A DNA stretch of 64,000 nt, taken from NCBI GenBank assembly GCA_041687695.1, contig JAWLBL010000016.1, positions 72,722 through 136,721 of the forward strand, given 5' to 3'. The notes under the pieces are model-generated. The model searched no databases and was not told the origin of the DNA. It saw only the letters and a list, made by a program, of their open reading frames with translations. This document shows positions 27,110 through 39,598 of this stretch, one piece after another; positions within the stretch are counted from its first letter, which is position 1, and every line of letters begins with the position of its first letter. The position numbers and the translations under genes are program-made. Origin of the DNA: Myxococcota bacterium. GTDB taxonomy: Bacteria > Myxococcota_A > UBA9042 > PHBI01 > JAWLBL01.

Positions 27110-29800
27110 ATGTCGCTGAAGACCGTCCAGGCGCCCGAGGCGCTCGAGCCCATCTTTGCCAAGGCCGAGGCGACCGTCACGGCGTTCTTCGCGCAACGCC
27201 GCGACGCGCCCGCCGAGGGGCGCATCGAGATCTTCGGCGAGCGCTACATCCTGGTGCGCGCGGCGGCGCTGTCGGTCGAGTTCTTCGGGCTGGTCGAGGG
27301 GCTGTTCGGGCCGGGGCGCGAGGGCGAGGCGGCCGACTTCGCGCGCAACATCCTGTACGACCTGTCCCACGCCATCGCCCGGTCGGACGCGCGCGCGCTG
27401 CAGTCGAAGATGGGGCTCACCGACCCGCTGGACCGGATGGGGGCCGGGCCCGTGCACTTCGCGCACAGCGGCTGGGCGTCGGTCCACGTCCTGCCCGAGT
27501 CGCGCATGAGCCAGGACGAGGACTTCTACCTGCTGTACGACCACCCCTACTCCTTCGAGGCGGACGCGTGGCTGACGGCGGGCGCGAAGGCGTCCTCGCC
27601 GGCGTGCATCATGAGCGCCGGGTACTCGTCGGGCTGGTGCGAGGAGAGCTTCGGCCTGCCGCTGGTCGCGGTGGAGGTGACGTGTCGGGCGTGCGGCGAC
27701 GAGGCGTGCCGGTTCATCATGGCGCCGGTCGACCGGATCGAGGCGCACCTCGCGCGCTGGGCCGACGGACGGGCGTCGCCGGGCCGCACCGCGCCGATGC
27801 AGGTGCCCGACTTCTTCTCGCGCAAGCGGGTCGAGGAGCAGCTGCGGCGGCGGGAGGCGCAGTATCGCGGCATCTTCGAGGCGACCGCCGACGGGCTGTG
27901 CATCGCGACGCCCCAAGGGCGGATCGTCGACGTCAACCCCGCGTTCTGCGCCATGCACGGCTACACGCGCGAGGAGCTGATCGGGCAGTCGGTCTCGCAG
28001 GTCATCCTCCCCGACGATTGGCACCTGTTCGAGGCGTGCGTCGTCGACCTGGCCGGGGGCGGCTCGTACCAGGCCGAGGCGCGGCACGTCCGGCGGGACG
28101 GCGCCGTCATCCCCATCGCGGTGCGCGCCTCGCTCTTCGACTATCACGGCTCCGAGCACCTGCTGGCCGTGGTGCGGGACGTCACCGAGCAGAAGCAGGC
28201 CGCCGAGGCGCTCGAGCGGCAGCGGCGCTTTCTGCGCGAGGTGCTCGACATCAACCCGGCGGGGATCTTCGTCAAGGACACCGAGGGGCGGCTGACCCTG
28301 GTGAACGCGGCGGCGGCGGCCTTCTACGGGGCGCCGAGCGACGCCCTCATCGGCCGGCGCGAGGACGAGCTGTGCCCGCACCCCGAGCAGGTGGCGCGTT
28401 GGCGGCGAGAGGACGCCTACGTGATCGAGACGGGGCGGGAGCTGCTCATCCCGTGCGAGCAGGTGCGCCAGCGCGACGGCAGCGTGCGGTACGAGCAGAC
28501 GGTCAAGCGGCCGCTGGCGGACGACTCGGGGCGGTACACGCAGGTCATCGGCATCGTCAACGACATCACCGAACGCCTGCGCATCGAGGAGGATCTGCGC
28601 AGCGCCAAGGTGGCGGCCGAGGCGGCGAACCTGGCCAAGGGCGAGTTCCTGGCGAACATGAGCCACGAGCTGCGGACCCCCCTGAGCGGGGTCATCGGCA
28701 TGACGCAGCTGCTGCTCGACACGCAGCTCGACGGGCAGCAGGCCGAGTACGTCGACGCGGTGCGGCGATCGGCCGAGGCGGTGCTGGCCATCGTCAACGA
28801 CGTGCTCGAGTACTCGAAGATCGAAGCGGGCAAGCTGACGCTCGAGCGCGTGCCGTTCGATCTGCGGCGCGTGGTCGGCGAGGTCGCGGACCTGATGGCG
28901 CTCGAGGCGCGGCGGCACGGGCTGCAGGTCGCGGTGCGCTACCCCGACGACCTCCCGGACTGGTGGATGGGCGACCCCAGCCGCATCCGGCAGGTCCTGA
29001 CGAACTTCGTCGGCAACGCCGTGAAGTTCACGCCCGAGGGCTCGGTGACCCTGGCGGTCGAGCGGCGGCCCGGCCCGCCGGGTGGGTTCCCGACGCTGCG
29101 GCTGTCGGTGAGCGACACCGGCATCGGCATCCCGAGCGACCAGCTCGAGCACATCTTCGGCCGCTTCACCCAGGCCGACACCAAGGCGAGCCGTCGCTAT
29201 GGCGGGGCGGGGCTGGGCCTCGCGATATCCAAGACCCTGGTCGACCTGATGGGCGGCCGCGTCGGCGTGGAGAGCTCCGTGGGGCACGGCTCGGTGTTCT
29301 GGTTCGACCTGGTCCTCGAGCCGACGGCGCCGCCCGCGCCCGCGCCGTCGGAGCCCGCGGGCGGCGGGGCGCCTGCGCCGACGGGCGAGTCCGCGGCGGG
29401 GGCGCTCGAGCCGCGGGCTCGGGTGCTGCTGGTCGAGGACAACGAGATCAACCAGCGGGTGGGCGTGCGGATGCTCGAGCGGCTCGGCTGCGACGTCGTC
29501 GTGGCGGCGAACGGGCGCGAGGCGCTCGAGGCGCTGTCGGCGCGGCCCGGGTTCGATCTGGTCCTGATGGACTGCCAGATGCCCGAGCTGGACGGGTACG
29601 AGGCGACCGCCGCCATCCGGGCGGGCGCGCCGGGCATCGAGAACCCGCGCATCCCCATCGTGGCCATGACGGCGCACGCGATGTTCGGCGAGCGCGAGCG
29701 GTGCCTGGCGGCCGGGATGGACGACTACGTGTCCAAGCCGGTGACCGCCGCCAGCCTCAAGGAGATGCTGGCGCGCTGGCTGCCGCGTCAGCTGGACTGA
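27110..29800 (+). CDS. Cytoplasmic hybrid histidine kinase: XylR_N/V4R-PAS-PAS-HisKA-HATPase-REC
   Basis: [10 protein letters not shown] and [22 protein letters not shown] (V4R); [40 protein letters not shown]. Confidence 0.92.
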   Translation: MSLKTVQAPEALEPIFAKAEATVTAFFAQRRDAPAEGRIEIFGERYILVRAAALSVEFFGLVEGLFGPGREGEAADFARNILYDLSHAIARSDARALQSKMGLTDPLDRMGAGPVHFAHSGWASVHVLPESRMSQDEDFYLLYDHPYSFEADAWLTAGAKASSPACIMSAGYSSGWCEESFGLPLVAVEVTCRACGDEACRFIMAPVDRIEAHLARWADGRASPGRTAPMQVPDFFSRKRVEEQLRRREAQYRGIFEATADGLCIATPQGRIVDVNPAFCAMHGYTREELIGQSVSQVILPDDWHLFEACVVDLAGGGSYQAEARHVRRDGAVIPIAVRASLFDYHGSEHLLAVVRDVTEQKQAAEALERQRRFLREVLDINPAGIFVKDTEGRLTLVNAAAAAFYGAPSDALIGRREDELCPHPEQVARWRREDAYVIETGRELLIPCEQVRQRDGSVRYEQTVKRPLADDSGRYTQVIGIVNDITERLRIEEDLRSAKVAAEAANLAKGEFLANMSHELRTPLSGVIGMTQLLLDTQLDGQQAEYVDAVRRSAEAVLAIVNDVLEYSKIEAGKLTLERVPFDLRRVVGEVADLMALEARRHGLQVAVRYPDDLPDWWMGDPSRIRQVLTNFVGNAVKFTPEGSVTLAVERRPGPPGGFPTLRLSVSDTGIGIPSDQLEHIFGRFTQADTKASRRYGGAGLGLAISKTLVDLMGGRVGVESSVGHGSVFWFDLVLEPTAPPAPAPSEPAGGGAPAPTGESAAGALEPRARVLLVEDNEINQRVGVRMLERLGCDVVVAANGREALEALSARPGFDLVLMDCQMPELDGYEATAAIRAGAPGIENPRIPIVAMTAHAMFGERERCLAAGMDDYVSKPVTAASLKEMLARWLPRQLD

Positions 29801-30260
29801 GCCAGCCGCGGCCCAGGGCGCCGCCGAGCAGGGCGCCCAGGATCCCGGTCATCCAGCCGTACAGCGGCAGGCTGTAGGTCGACAAGACCAGGCCTTCCAG
29901 CCCGATCTCGTGCAGCGGGGCGGCGTCGAGCAGGCCGAACACCCACCAGGTCGGCGGGTGCGAGGCCAGGCCGACCATCAGCCCCGCGCCGGCGCCGCGG
30001 GCACGCAGGCGCGAGGCGCGCGGCACGCCGCGGCGCGGGCGCAGGGTCAGCGCCCAGCAGGGCAGGGCGACCAGGGCGCTGGCGATGGCCGAGCTGCTGG
30101 CGAAGCGGACGACCTCGTCGAGCGAACCCCCGATCGCGCCGAGCAGAACCGCGGCCACCGTCCCACCCCCGACGCCGAAGGCGACGGCGGCGCGCGGCAC
30201 CGACGCTGGCCGGCGCGGGACGGCGGCGGTGAGGGCTGGCTCCGGACGCGCGTTCGACAT
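29757..30260 (-). CDS. Small integral membrane protein
   Basis: About 4 hydrophobic segments; downstream of uvrA on the same strand. Confidence 0.55.
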   Translation of the reverse strand: MSNARPEPALTAAVPRRPASVPRAAVAFGVGGGTVAAVLLGAIGGSLDEVVRFASSSAIASALVALPCWALTLRPRRGVPRASRLRARGAGAGLMVGLASHPPTWWVFGLLDAAPLHEIGLEGLVLSTYSLPLYGWMTGILGALLGGALGRGWLSPADAAASAPASP

Positions 30261-30318
30261 CGCCGACAGCCTACCGCAGCCCGCTCGGTCCGGAGTAGCC
30301 CGACCCGCTCGGCCCCGG

Positions 30319-33300
30319 TCAGCCGCCGTGTTCGCGCAGCCAGCGGCCGGTCACCGACTCGGCGACGTCCAGGACGCCCCGGAACGGCCCCTGGTAGACG
30401 CACCGGCCGCCGTCCGCGCCCGCGCCCGGCCCCATGTCGATGAGCCAGTCGGCCTCGCGCATGACGTCGGGGTTGTGCTCGATGACGACCACCGTCGCGC
30501 CCGCGTCGACCAGCCGGTGGACCACCGACAACAGGCGCGGCACGTCCGCCATGTGCAGCCCGGTGGACGGCTCGTCGAGCAGCAGCACCGTGTCCGACCG
30601 GTCCCGCCCCAGCAGCTCGGTCGCCAGCTTGATGCGCTGCGCCTCGCCGCCCGACAGGGTCGGCGAGGGCTGACCCAGCTTCAGGTAGCCGAGCCCGACG
30701 TCCTCGAGCATCTGCAGCGCGGCCCGCAGCTTGGGCACCCGCTCGAAGACCTGCAGCGCCCGCCGCACCGGCATCTCGAGCACGTCGTAGATCGAGTGCC
30801 CGTCATAGGTGATGTGCAGCGTCTGCCGGCTGAAGCGGCGCCCCAGGCACACGTCGCAGGCGACGTAGGCGTCCGGCAGGAAGCTCATCTCGAGCTTGAC
30901 CGCCCCGTTGCCCGAGCAGGCGTCGCAGCGCCCGCCCGCCACGTTGAACGAGAACCGCCCGGCCGCGTAGCCGCGCAGGCGCGCCTCGGGCAGCTTGGCG
31001 AACAGCTTTCGGATCTCGTCCCAGAAGCCGACGTAGGTCGCCGGCGTCGAGCGCGGGTTCTTGCCGATGGGCGTGGCGTCGACGCGCACCAGCCGCTCGA
31101 GCCCCTCGAGCCCGCCGACCTCGCGCCAGGAGGCCGGCTTGTCGGCGCGCGACACCGCGTGGGCCAGCACGCCGCCAACGAACGACGACTTGCCCGAGCC
31201 GGACACGCCCGTCACGACCGTCAGCCGCCCTCGCGGCAGCCTCAGATCCACCCCGTCCAGGTTGTGGTAGCGCACGCCCTCGAAGCGGATGAAGTCCGCG
31301 CCCTCGAGCGGCCGCGGCGTCGCGCGCACCGGCGGCCTCGGGTCGGCCAGGCAGCGCCCGGTCACCGAGCGCGGGTCGGCCATCACCTCGGCCAGCGGCC
31401 CGGCGGCCAGCACCTGCCCGCCCTCGTCACCCGCGCCCGGCCCCATGTCGACCAGCACGTCGGCCGTCCGCAGCGTCGCCTCGTCATGCTCGACCATCAG
31501 CACGCCGTTGCCGCGCGCCTGCAGCCGGTCCAGCGTCGTCAGCAGCCGCTGCGTGTCCGACGGGTGCAACCCGATGGTCGGCTCGTCCAGCACGTACAGC
31601 ACGCCCGACAGGTGCGCGCCCAGCTGGGCGGCCAGCCGAATGCGCTGCGCCTCGCCGCCCGACAGCGTCGGCACCAGCCGGTCCAGCGTCAGGTAACCCA
31701 GCCCCACGTCCAGCAGGAACCCGGCCCGCTCGGCGATGGCCTTGAGCGGCCCCGACGCCACCTGCCGATCGCGCTCGCTCAGCGCCTCGGCGAGCCCGTC
31801 CAGGTGCACCAGCAGCTGGCTCGGGTTCATCTCGAGCACCCGCGGCAGGGTCAGCGCGCCGAAGGTGATCGACCGGCCCACCAGCCCCAGGCGCTGCCCG
31901 TCGCACTCGGGGCAGCGCGCCTCGCCCGCGTCAGCCGCCTCGGTCAGGGCCCCGGTGCCCTTGCACACCTCGCACGCGCCCAGCTCGGTGCGCGGCGAGA
32001 AGTAGCGCGGATCCAGCGACTTGCGCGGCCCGGCCGCCTCCCACGCCGGCTCGACCATGAAGGACCTGGCGCTGGCCGCGTCCGGCCCGACCCGCACCTC
32101 GCCGTCACCCAGCCGACAGGCCTCGTCGACGAGCCGCGCGACCTCGGCCCCGTCGTCCGCCGCCACCGGCCCCAGGATGAGCTCGATGGTGTGGGCCTTG
32201 GTCTTGCGCATCTTGGGCGGCGGGTCGACCGGCACCACCTCGCCGTCGAGCACCACCTGGGTCAGCCCCAGCGACGCCGCCCGCACGAACACCGCCTTGT
32301 GGAACCCCTTGCGCAGCCGCACCACCGGCGCGAACAGCTGCACCGGCTTGGCCTTCCACTTCTTGGCGACCTGGCGCGCCACCTCGGCGGCCGGCACGCG
32401 ATCGTCCAGCACGCCCGACGGGGCCCGGCCCAGCCGCGCGTAGAGCAGCCGCAGGAAGGGCTCGATCTCGGTGACGTTCGCCACGGTCGACCAGGCGCCG
32501 CCGCGGGTCGTGCGCTGCTCGATGGCCACCGTCGGCGGGATGCCCGCCACCACGTCCGCGTCGGGCCGCCCCAGCTGCGTGATGTACTGCCGCGCGTAGG
32601 GCGACAGACAATCCAGGAAGCGCCGCTGCCCCTCGGCGAACACCAGGTCGAAGGCGAGCGAGCTCTTGCCCGAGCCGCTGAGCCCGCTGACCACCGTGCG
32701 CCCGCCGCGCGGCAGCCGCACCGACACGTTCTTCAGGTTGTGGACCCGCGCCCCGGCGATCTCGATGGCCTCGTCCTCGGGCGCGTGCCCGTAGCGCGCC
32801 GCCTGCTCGGCCACGCCCAGCTGCGTCAGCGGATCCAGTTGGCGCGCCAGCGGGTCCAGCCCCTCGAGCCACCGGGCCAGGTGCTGCCCGGTGTGCGTCC
32901 CCGACCGCGCCAGCGCCGCCGGCGGCCCCGCGAACACGACCTGCCCGCCGCCCTGGCCGCCCTCGGGTCCCAGGTCCACCACGTGGTCGGCCGCCCCGAT
33001 GACGTCCAGGTGGTGCTCGACGACCACCACGGTGTTGCCGGCCGCCACCAACGCCTTCAGGTTGGCCACCAGCACGTCGACGTCGGCCAGGTGCAGCCCC
33101 GTCGACGGCTCGTCGAACAGGAACAGCGTCCCCCGCGTGCGCTCGAGGCCCAGGTGATGGGCCAGCTTCAGCCGCTGCGACTCACCGCCGGACAGCGTCG
33201 CCAGCGGCTGCCCCAGCGTCAGGTAGCCGAGCCCGCACTGCTGCAGCGCCGCCAGCCGCCGCCCCGCCGTCGTCCTCGCCCCGACCAGCGCGACCGCCTC

Positions 33301-35718
33301 GTCGACGGTCAGCGCCAGCATGTCCGCGATGCTGCGCCCCTTCCAGGTGACCTCGAGCACCTCGGGCTTGAAGCGCTTGCCCTCGCACATCTCGCACACG
33401 AGGAACACGTCCGACAGGAACTGCATCTCGACGCGCTCGAAGCCGGCGCCCTCGCAGGCCGGGCAGCGCCCCGCGCTGGAGTTGAACGAGAAGGTCCCGG
33501 CCGCGAAGCCGCGCTCCTTGGCCAGCGGCTGCCGCGCGAAGATCGAGCGGATGCCGTCCCAGGCCTTCACGTAGGTCGCCGGGTTGGCGCGCGGGCTGGC
33601 CGCGGGCGCCGCCTGGTCGACCCAGACCACGTCGCGGATCGCCTCGAGCCCCTCGATGCCGTCGTGCGGTCCGGGCGGCTCGGTCACCTCGCCCCGGCGC
33701 CGCAGGATGCCGCGGTGCAGGACCTCTTCCACGAAGGTCGACTTGCCCGAGCCGCTCACGCCGGTCAGCACCGTCAGCCGGTCGTAGGGCAGGTGGACGT
33801 CGACGCCCTTGAGGTTCTGCGCCCGCGCGTTGCGCACCGTCACGCCCGGCAGGCCGCCGCAGTCCGCGTCGGCCGCCGCTCGCGGCCCGCGCCTGTCCGC
33901 CAGCGCCCGAGTCGTGGCCGCCTGCGCCACCGCCTCGAGCGCCCCCGGCGGCCCCGCGTGCACGATCTGCCCGCCGGCCTTGCCCGGCCCGGGCCCGACC
34001 TCGACCACCCAGTCGGCGAAGCGCAGCACGTCCGGGTCGTGCTCGACCACGACCACCGTGTTGTCGCGCGCCGTCAGCTCGGCCATCAGCGTCGAGAGCC
34101 GCTCGGAGTCCCGCGGGTGCAGCCCGATGGACGGCTCGTCCAGCACGAACAGCGCGTTGACCAGCCCGCTGCCGATGGCGGTCGTCAGGTTGGCCCGCTG
34201 CACCTCGCCGCCCGACAGGGTCCGCCCCTGCCGGTCCAGGCTGAGGTAGCCCAGCCCCACCCGCTCGAGGTAGGTCAGCCGGTGCCGCAGCTGGTCGGTC
34301 ACCGCCAACAGCGCCGGATCCTCGGGCCCGGGCGGCAGCCCGTCGAGCCACGCCAGCGCGTCCGACACCGACAGCGCCAGCATCTGGCTGATGGTCAGCC
34401 CGCCCAGCCGATACAGCAGCGACTCGGGCTTGAAGCGCCGCCCCTCGCAGTCCCGGCACCCCACGTAGGCCCGGTAGCGCGCGAGCAGGATGCGCACGTG
34501 CATCTTGTAGCTCTTGCGCTCGAGCCACTGGAACCACCCGCGCACCCCGAACCAGCGGTGTTTCCAGCCCTTGCCGGGTTCGCCCTCGAGCACGAAGCGC
34601 TGCTGCTCGGGCGTCAGCTCCTGGAAGGGCGTCTTGAGGTCGATGCCCACCCGCGCGCACGCCTCGCGCATCAGCTTGCGCTCGTCCGCCCGCGACGGCC
34701 CGGTCGCCCAGGGCTTGATGGCCCCCTGGGACAGGCTCAGCCGATGGTCCGGCACCACCCGGTCCATGTCGACGTCGATGACGCGCCCGAAGCCGTTGCA
34801 GGTCCCGCACGCGCCCAGCGGGCTGTTGAACGAGAACAGCCCCTCGCGCGGCTCGGCGTAACGCACGCCGCAGTGCCGCCGCTCGCGCGTCAGATCCCGC
34901 CGCTCGAAGCCCCCTCCGCCCCCCTCCGAGGGCACCTCGAGGTGCAGGCTGGCGTCGTCCTCGCCCACCCGGTAGGCCGTCTCGATGGCCTCGACCAGCC
35001 GCGCCCGGTCCGACGCGCGCACCACCAGCCGGTCGACCAGCACGTCCAGCCGCCCGCCGCCCGTGTCCGGGTCCACCGCGTCCAGATCCACCGCGCGCCC
35101 CTCCACCAGCACGCGCCGGTACCCCTCGCGCGTCAGGTAAGCGAACGCGACCCGCGCGTCGTCCCCGTGCCCCGCGTGGAACGGGAAGGTCACCATGACC
35201 CGCCGGCCGTCCGCGGTCGCCAGCAGCTCGTCCGCCACCGGCCCGGGCAGGTCCACGCCGACCGCCTCGCCGCACACTTCGCAGTGCAGCTGCCCGCGCG
35301 CCGCGTACAGGACCTTCAGATAGTCCGTCAGCTCGGTCAGCGTCCCCAGCGTCGACCGGGCCGACCGGATGGTGTTGCGCTGCTCGATGGCCACCGCCGG
35401 CAGCAGCCCGTCGATGCCGTCCACGTCCGGCCGGTCCATGCGCTCGAGGAACTGCCGCGCATAGGTCGAGAAGCTCTCGACGTAGCGCCGCTGCCCCTCG
35501 GCGTACAGCGTGTCGAACGCCAGCGACGACTTGCCCGACCCGCTGACGCCGGTCACGACCGTCAGCGCGCCGCGCGGCAGGGCCACGTCCACGTCCGCCA
35601 GGTTGTTCTGCCGGGCGCCGCGCACGCGGATCCACCGGCCTTCGCTCGCGCTCGCGCCGCCCGTCGCGACGGGCAGCGCCTCAGGAGGCTGCTTCGACAA
35701 GACCACGCTTCCAGACAT
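30319..35718 (-). CDS. uvrA: Excinuclease ABC subunit A, double-length (two UvrA units, four ABC ATPase domains)
   Basis: Four G(V/L)SGSGKS Walker A motifs and four LSGGE signatures; two EGQRR(Y/F) motifs; CxxC zinc modules. The true start may be a few codons downstream. Confidence 0.95.
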   Translation of the reverse strand: MSGSVVLSKQPPEALPVATGGASASEGRWIRVRGARQNNLADVDVALPRGALTVVTGVSGSGKSSLAFDTLYAEGQRRYVESFSTYARQFLERMDRPDVDGIDGLLPAVAIEQRNTIRSARSTLGTLTELTDYLKVLYAARGQLHCEVCGEAVGVDLPGPVADELLATADGRRVMVTFPFHAGHGDDARVAFAYLTREGYRRVLVEGRAVDLDAVDPDTGGGRLDVLVDRLVVRASDRARLVEAIETAYRVGEDDASLHLEVPSEGGGGGFERRDLTRERRHCGVRYAEPREGLFSFNSPLGACGTCNGFGRVIDVDMDRVVPDHRLSLSQGAIKPWATGPSRADERKLMREACARVGIDLKTPFQELTPEQQRFVLEGEPGKGWKHRWFGVRGWFQWLERKSYKMHVRILLARYRAYVGCRDCEGRRFKPESLLYRLGGLTISQMLALSVSDALAWLDGLPPGPEDPALLAVTDQLRHRLTYLERVGLGYLSLDRQGRTLSGGEVQRANLTTAIGSGLVNALFVLDEPSIGLHPRDSERLSTLMAELTARDNTVVVVEHDPDVLRFADWVVEVGPGPGKAGGQIVHAGPPGALEAVAQAATTRALADRRGPRAAADADCGGLPGVTVRNARAQNLKGVDVHLPYDRLTVLTGVSGSGKSTFVEEVLHRGILRRRGEVTEPPGPHDGIEGLEAIRDVVWVDQAAPAASPRANPATYVKAWDGIRSIFARQPLAKERGFAAGTFSFNSSAGRCPACEGAGFERVEMQFLSDVFLVCEMCEGKRFKPEVLEVTWKGRSIADMLALTVDEAVALVGARTTAGRRLAALQQCGLGYLTLGQPLATLSGGESQRLKLAHHLGLERTRGTLFLFDEPSTGLHLADVDVLVANLKALVAAGNTVVVVEHHLDVIGAADHVVDLGPEGGQGGGQVVFAGPPAALARSGTHTGQHLARWLEGLDPLARQLDPLTQLGVAEQAARYGHAPEDEAIEIAGARVHNLKNVSVRLPRGGRTVVSGLSGSGKSSLAFDLVFAEGQRRFLDCLSPYARQYITQLGRPDADVVAGIPPTVAIEQRTTRGGAWSTVANVTEIEPFLRLLYARLGRAPSGVLDDRVPAAEVARQVAKKWKAKPVQLFAPVVRLRKGFHKAVFVRAASLGLTQVVLDGEVVPVDPPPKMRKTKAHTIELILGPVAADDGAEVARLVDEACRLGDGEVRVGPDAASARSFMVEPAWEAAGPRKSLDPRYFSPRTELGACEVCKGTGALTEAADAGEARCPECDGQRLGLVGRSITFGALTLPRVLEMNPSQLLVHLDGLAEALSERDRQVASGPLKAIAERAGFLLDVGLGYLTLDRLVPTLSGGEAQRIRLAAQLGAHLSGVLYVLDEPTIGLHPSDTQRLLTTLDRLQARGNGVLMVEHDEATLRTADVLVDMGPGAGDEGGQVLAAGPLAEVMADPRSVTGRCLADPRPPVRATPRPLEGADFIRFEGVRYHNLDGVDLRLPRGRLTVVTGVSGSGKSSFVGGVLAHAVSRADKPASWREVGGLEGLERLVRVDATPIGKNPRSTPATYVGFWDEIRKLFAKLPEARLRGYAAGRFSFNVAGGRCDACSGNGAVKLEMSFLPDAYVACDVCLGRRFSRQTLHITYDGHSIYDVLEMPVRRALQVFERVPKLRAALQMLEDVGLGYLKLGQPSPTLSGGEAQRIKLATELLGRDRSDTVLLLDEPSTGLHMADVPRLLSVVHRLVDAGATVVVIEHNPDVMREADWLIDMGPGAGADGGRCVYQGPFRGVLDVAESVTGRWLREHGG

Positions 35719-36421
35719 AGACCTTGGGGGAGATGGGATAAGGCGCCGCGGCGTAGGCCTGCGCCGCCGCCTCGGCCGTCAGCTCGCGCCCGACCAGCAG
35801 CTGGTCGCGCCCCGGCACCGCGAAGCGCACGCCGTCGGCGTCGCCCCGGTCGTAGAACACGTCGCCCATCAAGATGGCGCGCGCCGCGTCGTAGCCGTCC
35901 TTGGTCGCGACCTCGGTCGCCCGGTACGGCACCTCGGCCCGGTGGTACAGGTTCGACCGCCCGCAGCTGAGCATCGTGTCCGCCGACACGCCCCACCGCG
36001 CCACCTGCGCCCGCGTGACGTAGCTGAACCGCCAGCCTTCGTCGCGCGCGAAGGCGACCACCAGGTCGGGCCCGAAGGGCAGGGTGAACAGCCCGTCGTC
36101 CACGCTGCCGTCGCGCCCGTAGACCACCGCGTCGTAGGCCTGCGGGAACCGCGCCCGCTCGACCTTGGGCAGCAGGTTCGCGGCGCCCTCGCGGAAGGTG
36201 CTCGCGTCGACCTCGCTCGGGTACTTCACGGCCGCCTCGATCGCCGCCGCCACCGCCAGCAGCTCGCCCTTGCGCGCCGCCTCGTCCAGCCCGTCCAGCG
36301 GCAGCGCGCGGATCACGTGGCGCTCGCGCTCGTAGCCGACCGCCCAGCCCTGCTCGTCCGGCTCGAGCCGCAGCCGCACCGTCCCCAGCAGCAGCCCCAG
36401 CTCCGTCGCTTCAGCGTCCAT
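35681..36421 (-). CDS. DUF1444/YtpQ-like hypothetical protein
   Basis: LLPKV, LVVAFA.D, DGYDAARAIL, FAVPGRDQLLV, PISPKVY. Confidence 0.65.
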   Translation of the reverse strand: MDAEATELGLLLGTVRLRLEPDEQGWAVGYERERHVIRALPLDGLDEAARKGELLAVAAAIEAAVKYPSEVDASTFREGAANLLPKVERARFPQAYDAVVYGRDGSVDDGLFTLPFGPDLVVAFARDEGWRFSYVTRAQVARWGVSADTMLSCGRSNLYHRAEVPYRATEVATKDGYDAARAILMGDVFYDRGDADGVRFAVPGRDQLLVGRELTAEAAAQAYAAAPYPISPKVYVWKRGLVEAAS

Positions 36422-36575
36422 GGGTCCCCTCCATCGGTGGTCGCGCACTGTACATAGGTTCACCGGTCGGTCCAAGCCCGATCTTGTCGCGCGCCCCCGA
36501 TTGCGCGAAAACACCCCGGCCGCTTCCCCCAACCCGACGAGGCCCGCCCCCATGCCGACCGCCACCCCCCGCCGC

Positions 36576-37361
36576 GTGGATCTCTCCCTGTCCGGCCGCC
36601 ACGCCCTCGTCTGCGGCGCCTCCCAGGGCATCGGCCGCGCCGCCGCCCTCGCCCTGGCCGAGCTCGGCGCCCGCCTCACCGTCCTCGCCCGCGACCGCGC
36701 CGCCCTCGACGCCCTCCTGCCCGACCTCCTCGCCGCCGGCGCCCCCGACGCCCAGGCCCTGGCCGCCGATCACGACGACCGCCCCGCCCTCGAGGCCGCC
36801 GTCGCCGCCCACCTCGCCGCCGAGGGCCCGGTCCACGTCCTCGTCAACAACAGCGGCGGCCCCGCCGGCGGCCCCCTGCTCGACGCCACCGAGGACCAGC
36901 TCCTCGCCGCCTTCGGCCGCCACGTCCTGGCCTCGCACCTGCTGGTCCGCCTCTGCCTGCCCGGCATGGTCACCGCCGGCTACGGCCGCGTCGTCAACGT
37001 CATGTCGACCTCGGTCCGCGAGCCCATCGCCAACCTCGGCGTCGGCAACACCGTCCGCGGCGCCTACGCCGCCTGGGCCAAGACCCTGTCGAACGAGCTC
37101 CCCCCGGGCGTGACCATCAACAACCTCCTGCCCGGCTACACGGCCACCGACCGCCTCGGCGCCCTCGCGGCCGCCAACGCCCAGCGCACCGGCCGCACCG
37201 TCCACGACGTCGAGACCGAGTGGATCGGCACCATCCCCGAGGGCCGCCTCGGCCGCCCCGAGGAGCTGGGCGCCGTCATCGCCTTCCTCGCCTCCCCCGC
37301 GGCCTCCTACGTCCGCGGCGTCAGCCTCCCCGTCGACGGCGGCCGCCTGCGCAGCATCTGA
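36576..37361 (+). CDS. SDR family oxidoreductase
   Basis: GASQGIG, VLVNNSGGP, NNLLPGYTAT, VDGG; atypical active site (GNTVR instead of YxxxK). Alternative start ATG 36552. Confidence 0.92.
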   Translation: MDLSLSGRHALVCGASQGIGRAAALALAELGARLTVLARDRAALDALLPDLLAAGAPDAQALAADHDDRPALEAAVAAHLAAEGPVHVLVNNSGGPAGGPLLDATEDQLLAAFGRHVLASHLLVRLCLPGMVTAGYGRVVNVMSTSVREPIANLGVGNTVRGAYAAWAKTLSNELPPGVTINNLLPGYTATDRLGALAAANAQRTGRTVHDVETEWIGTIPEGRLGRPEELGAVIAFLASPAASYVRGVSLPVDGGRLRSI

Positions 37362-37367
37362 CGCGGC

Positions 37368-38177
37368 TCAGACGACCGGCCGCGTCCCCGGGATCCACGG
37401 GCCCGGCGGGTCGTCGCCGCGCGAGGTCAGGATGATGGGGCCGTCGTCGGTGATGGCGATCGAGTGCTCGAAGTGCGCGCTCGCCCGCCCGTCGGCCGTC
37501 ACCACCGTCCACCCGTCGTCCAGGGCCACCGTCTCGTGGGTGCCCAGGTTCACCATCGGCTCGATGGCGATGCACCACCCCGACTTCAGGCGCTTGCCCG
37601 TCCCCGGCACGCCGTAGTTGGGCACCTGCGGCTCCTCGTGAAGCCGCCGCCCGACGCCGTGCCCGCAGTACTCCTCGACGATGCCGTAGCCGAACGGCCG
37701 GATGTACTTCTCGACCGCGTGCCCCACGTCGCCCAGCCGCGCCCCCGGCGTCGACGCGCGGATGGCCTCGTACAGGCTCATCCGGGTCCGCTCGAGCAGC
37801 TGCGTGAGCTCGTCCCCGACGTCCCCCACCGCATAGGTGACCGCGCTGTCGCCCACGTAGCCGTCCAGCGTGGCCCCGCAGTCGATGCTGACGATGTCGC
37901 CCTCCTCGATGACCCGCGACCCGGGGATGCCGTGGACGATCTCCTCGTTGACCGACGTGCACAGCGTCCCCGAAAACGGCGGCGCCCCCGCGACCACGTA
38001 CCCCTTGAAGGTCGGCTTCGCCCCCGCCTTGCGCACGATGTCCTCGGCGATGCGGTCGAGCTCCAGCGTCGTCACCCCGGGCTTGATGACCTCGCGCATC
38101 CGCTTGTGCACCTCGGCCACCACCTGGCCGGCGCGACGCATCTTCTCGATTTCGGCTCTGGACTTGCGGACGATCAT
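37368..38177 (-). CDS. map: Methionine aminopeptidase type I
   Basis: CTSVNEEIVHGIP, DIVSIDCG, GDSA, GHGVG..LHEEP, AIEPM, SAHFEH. Confidence 0.97.
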   Translation of the reverse strand: MIVRKSRAEIEKMRRAGQVVAEVHKRMREVIKPGVTTLELDRIAEDIVRKAGAKPTFKGYVVAGAPPFSGTLCTSVNEEIVHGIPGSRVIEEGDIVSIDCGATLDGYVGDSAVTYAVGDVGDELTQLLERTRMSLYEAIRASTPGARLGDVGHAVEKYIRPFGYGIVEEYCGHGVGRRLHEEPQVPNYGVPGTGKRLKSGWCIAIEPMVNLGTHETVALDDGWTVVTADGRASAHFEHSIAITDDGPIILTSRGDDPPGPWIPGTRPVV

Positions 38178-38325
38178 ACGGGTACTCCGGGGCGCACGGT
38201 GCCACGGCTGGCACGCGGGCACGGGATAGCACCGCTCCGCCCCGCCAGCAACCACCGTCACGTCACGTCGCGATCCGGGCCGCTCGGCGCCGCGCGTCGC
38301 GCCCGCCCTCGCCAACCCGCCACCG

Positions 38326-39525
38326 ATGCTCTCCACTCCCGCCCCCGCCGCCCGCACCCTCGACCCCGCGCTGGGCCTCCGCCTGCTCTACGGCGTCGTC
38401 TTCCTCTTCGTCGGCGGCTACTCCAACTACTTCTCCATCTGGCTGCGCGACGCCGGCTGGGACGAGGCCCGCATCGGCTGGATCGGCGGCGTCTACTCGG
38501 CCTGCGTCATCGCCTTCCCGCTCGCCTGGGGGCACCTCACCGACCGCTGGAGCGACCCGGTCCGCGTCCTCCGCATCACCCACCTCGCGGGCCTCGTCGC
38601 CTTCCTGCCCTTCATCGCCACCCACGCCGTCGCCCCGCTGCTCGGCGCCATGTTCCTCTTCGCCGCCTTCCGCGTCGGCGTCATCCCGGCCGCCGACGCC
38701 CTGACCCTCGGCCACGTCGACCGCGCCGGCGGCGACTACGGCGCCTACCGGGTCTGGGGCTCCGCCGGCTACATCGTCGGCGGCTTCGCCACCGGCCTGC
38801 TGGTCGAGGTCACCTCCCTCGCCTCCGTCCCCTGGACGCTCCTGGCCACCCTCGCCGGCGCCCTCGCCCTGGTCAGCCTCCTGCCGCGCCCCGAGGCCGA
38901 CCCCGCCGTCGCCCCGCCGACCCACGTCCTCGCCACGGTGCGCCGCCTGTGGGCCATCCCGCCCCTGCGCGCCTTCTACGTGGTCACCTTCGCCTCGCGC
39001 CTGGCCGCCCAGGGCCTGTACGTCTTCCTCCCCCTGCACCTGCAGGATCTGGGCGTCTCGGCCGCCCTCATCCCGGTCTACTGGGCCGTCGGCGTCGTCG
39101 CCGAGATCGCCATCATGCGCGCCGCCCCGCGCCTGTTCGGCCACCTGCGCCCCTCGGTCACCCTCGCCCTCACCTTCGCCGCCGCCGCCCTGCAGTTCGG
39201 CCTGATGGCCCTGACCACCTCGCCCGTCCTGGTCCTCTTCGTCATGCTCCTGCACGGCCTCAGCTTCGGCCTATGGTACTACGCCAGCGTCATCTTCATC
39301 TCGCGCCGCGCCCCACCGGGCGAACGCGCCACCGCCCAGGCCGTCTTCCAGTCCCTCGGCTTCGGCGTCGGCGGCACCCTCTCGGCCATCCTCTCGGGTT
39401 ACGTCTACGAGGCCGCCGGCGGCCACGCCCTCTTCGCCGCCGCCGCCGCCCTGGCCCTCGTCACCCTCGCCCTCGCCGTCCACCTCGCCCGCACGGCCGG
39501 CCCCTCGCCGCCCTCAGCCCCCTGA
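38326..39525 (+). CDS. MFS transporter (HcaT/MFS_1-like)
   Basis: 12 TM pattern; [29 protein letters not shown]. Confidence 0.88.
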   Translation: MLSTPAPAARTLDPALGLRLLYGVVFLFVGGYSNYFSIWLRDAGWDEARIGWIGGVYSACVIAFPLAWGHLTDRWSDPVRVLRITHLAGLVAFLPFIATHAVAPLLGAMFLFAAFRVGVIPAADALTLGHVDRAGGDYGAYRVWGSAGYIVGGFATGLLVEVTSLASVPWTLLATLAGALALVSLLPRPEADPAVAPPTHVLATVRRLWAIPPLRAFYVVTFASRLAAQGLYVFLPLHLQDLGVSAALIPVYWAVGVVAEIAIMRAAPRLFGHLRPSVTLALTFAAAALQFGLMALTTSPVLVLFVMLLHGLSFGLWYYASVIFISRRAPPGERATAQAVFQSLGFGVGGTLSAILSGYVYEAAGGHALFAAAAALALVTLALAVHLARTAGPSPPSAP

Positions 39526-39598
39526 GCGCCTCGCGCCCCGCCGCCCGCCGCCGGGCCACTCCTTGCGGTCCCCTCGCGCCTCTGCTACCTCATCGGCC

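Noticed and set aside
967..29800. 3'-3' overlaps of convergent genes (967-1006, 6941-6951, 14290-14329, 29757-29800)
   Set aside because: Short tail overlaps are common in GC-rich genomes with few stop codons; no evidence of a special function.
30085..35970. Very long ORFs such as the 1961-aa plus-strand ORF opposite uvrA (also 121..2757, 27026..29677, 55716..58886, 61161..63998)
   Set aside because: Antisense or alternate-frame shadows typical of high-GC DNA: low-complexity translations overlapping well-supported genes.
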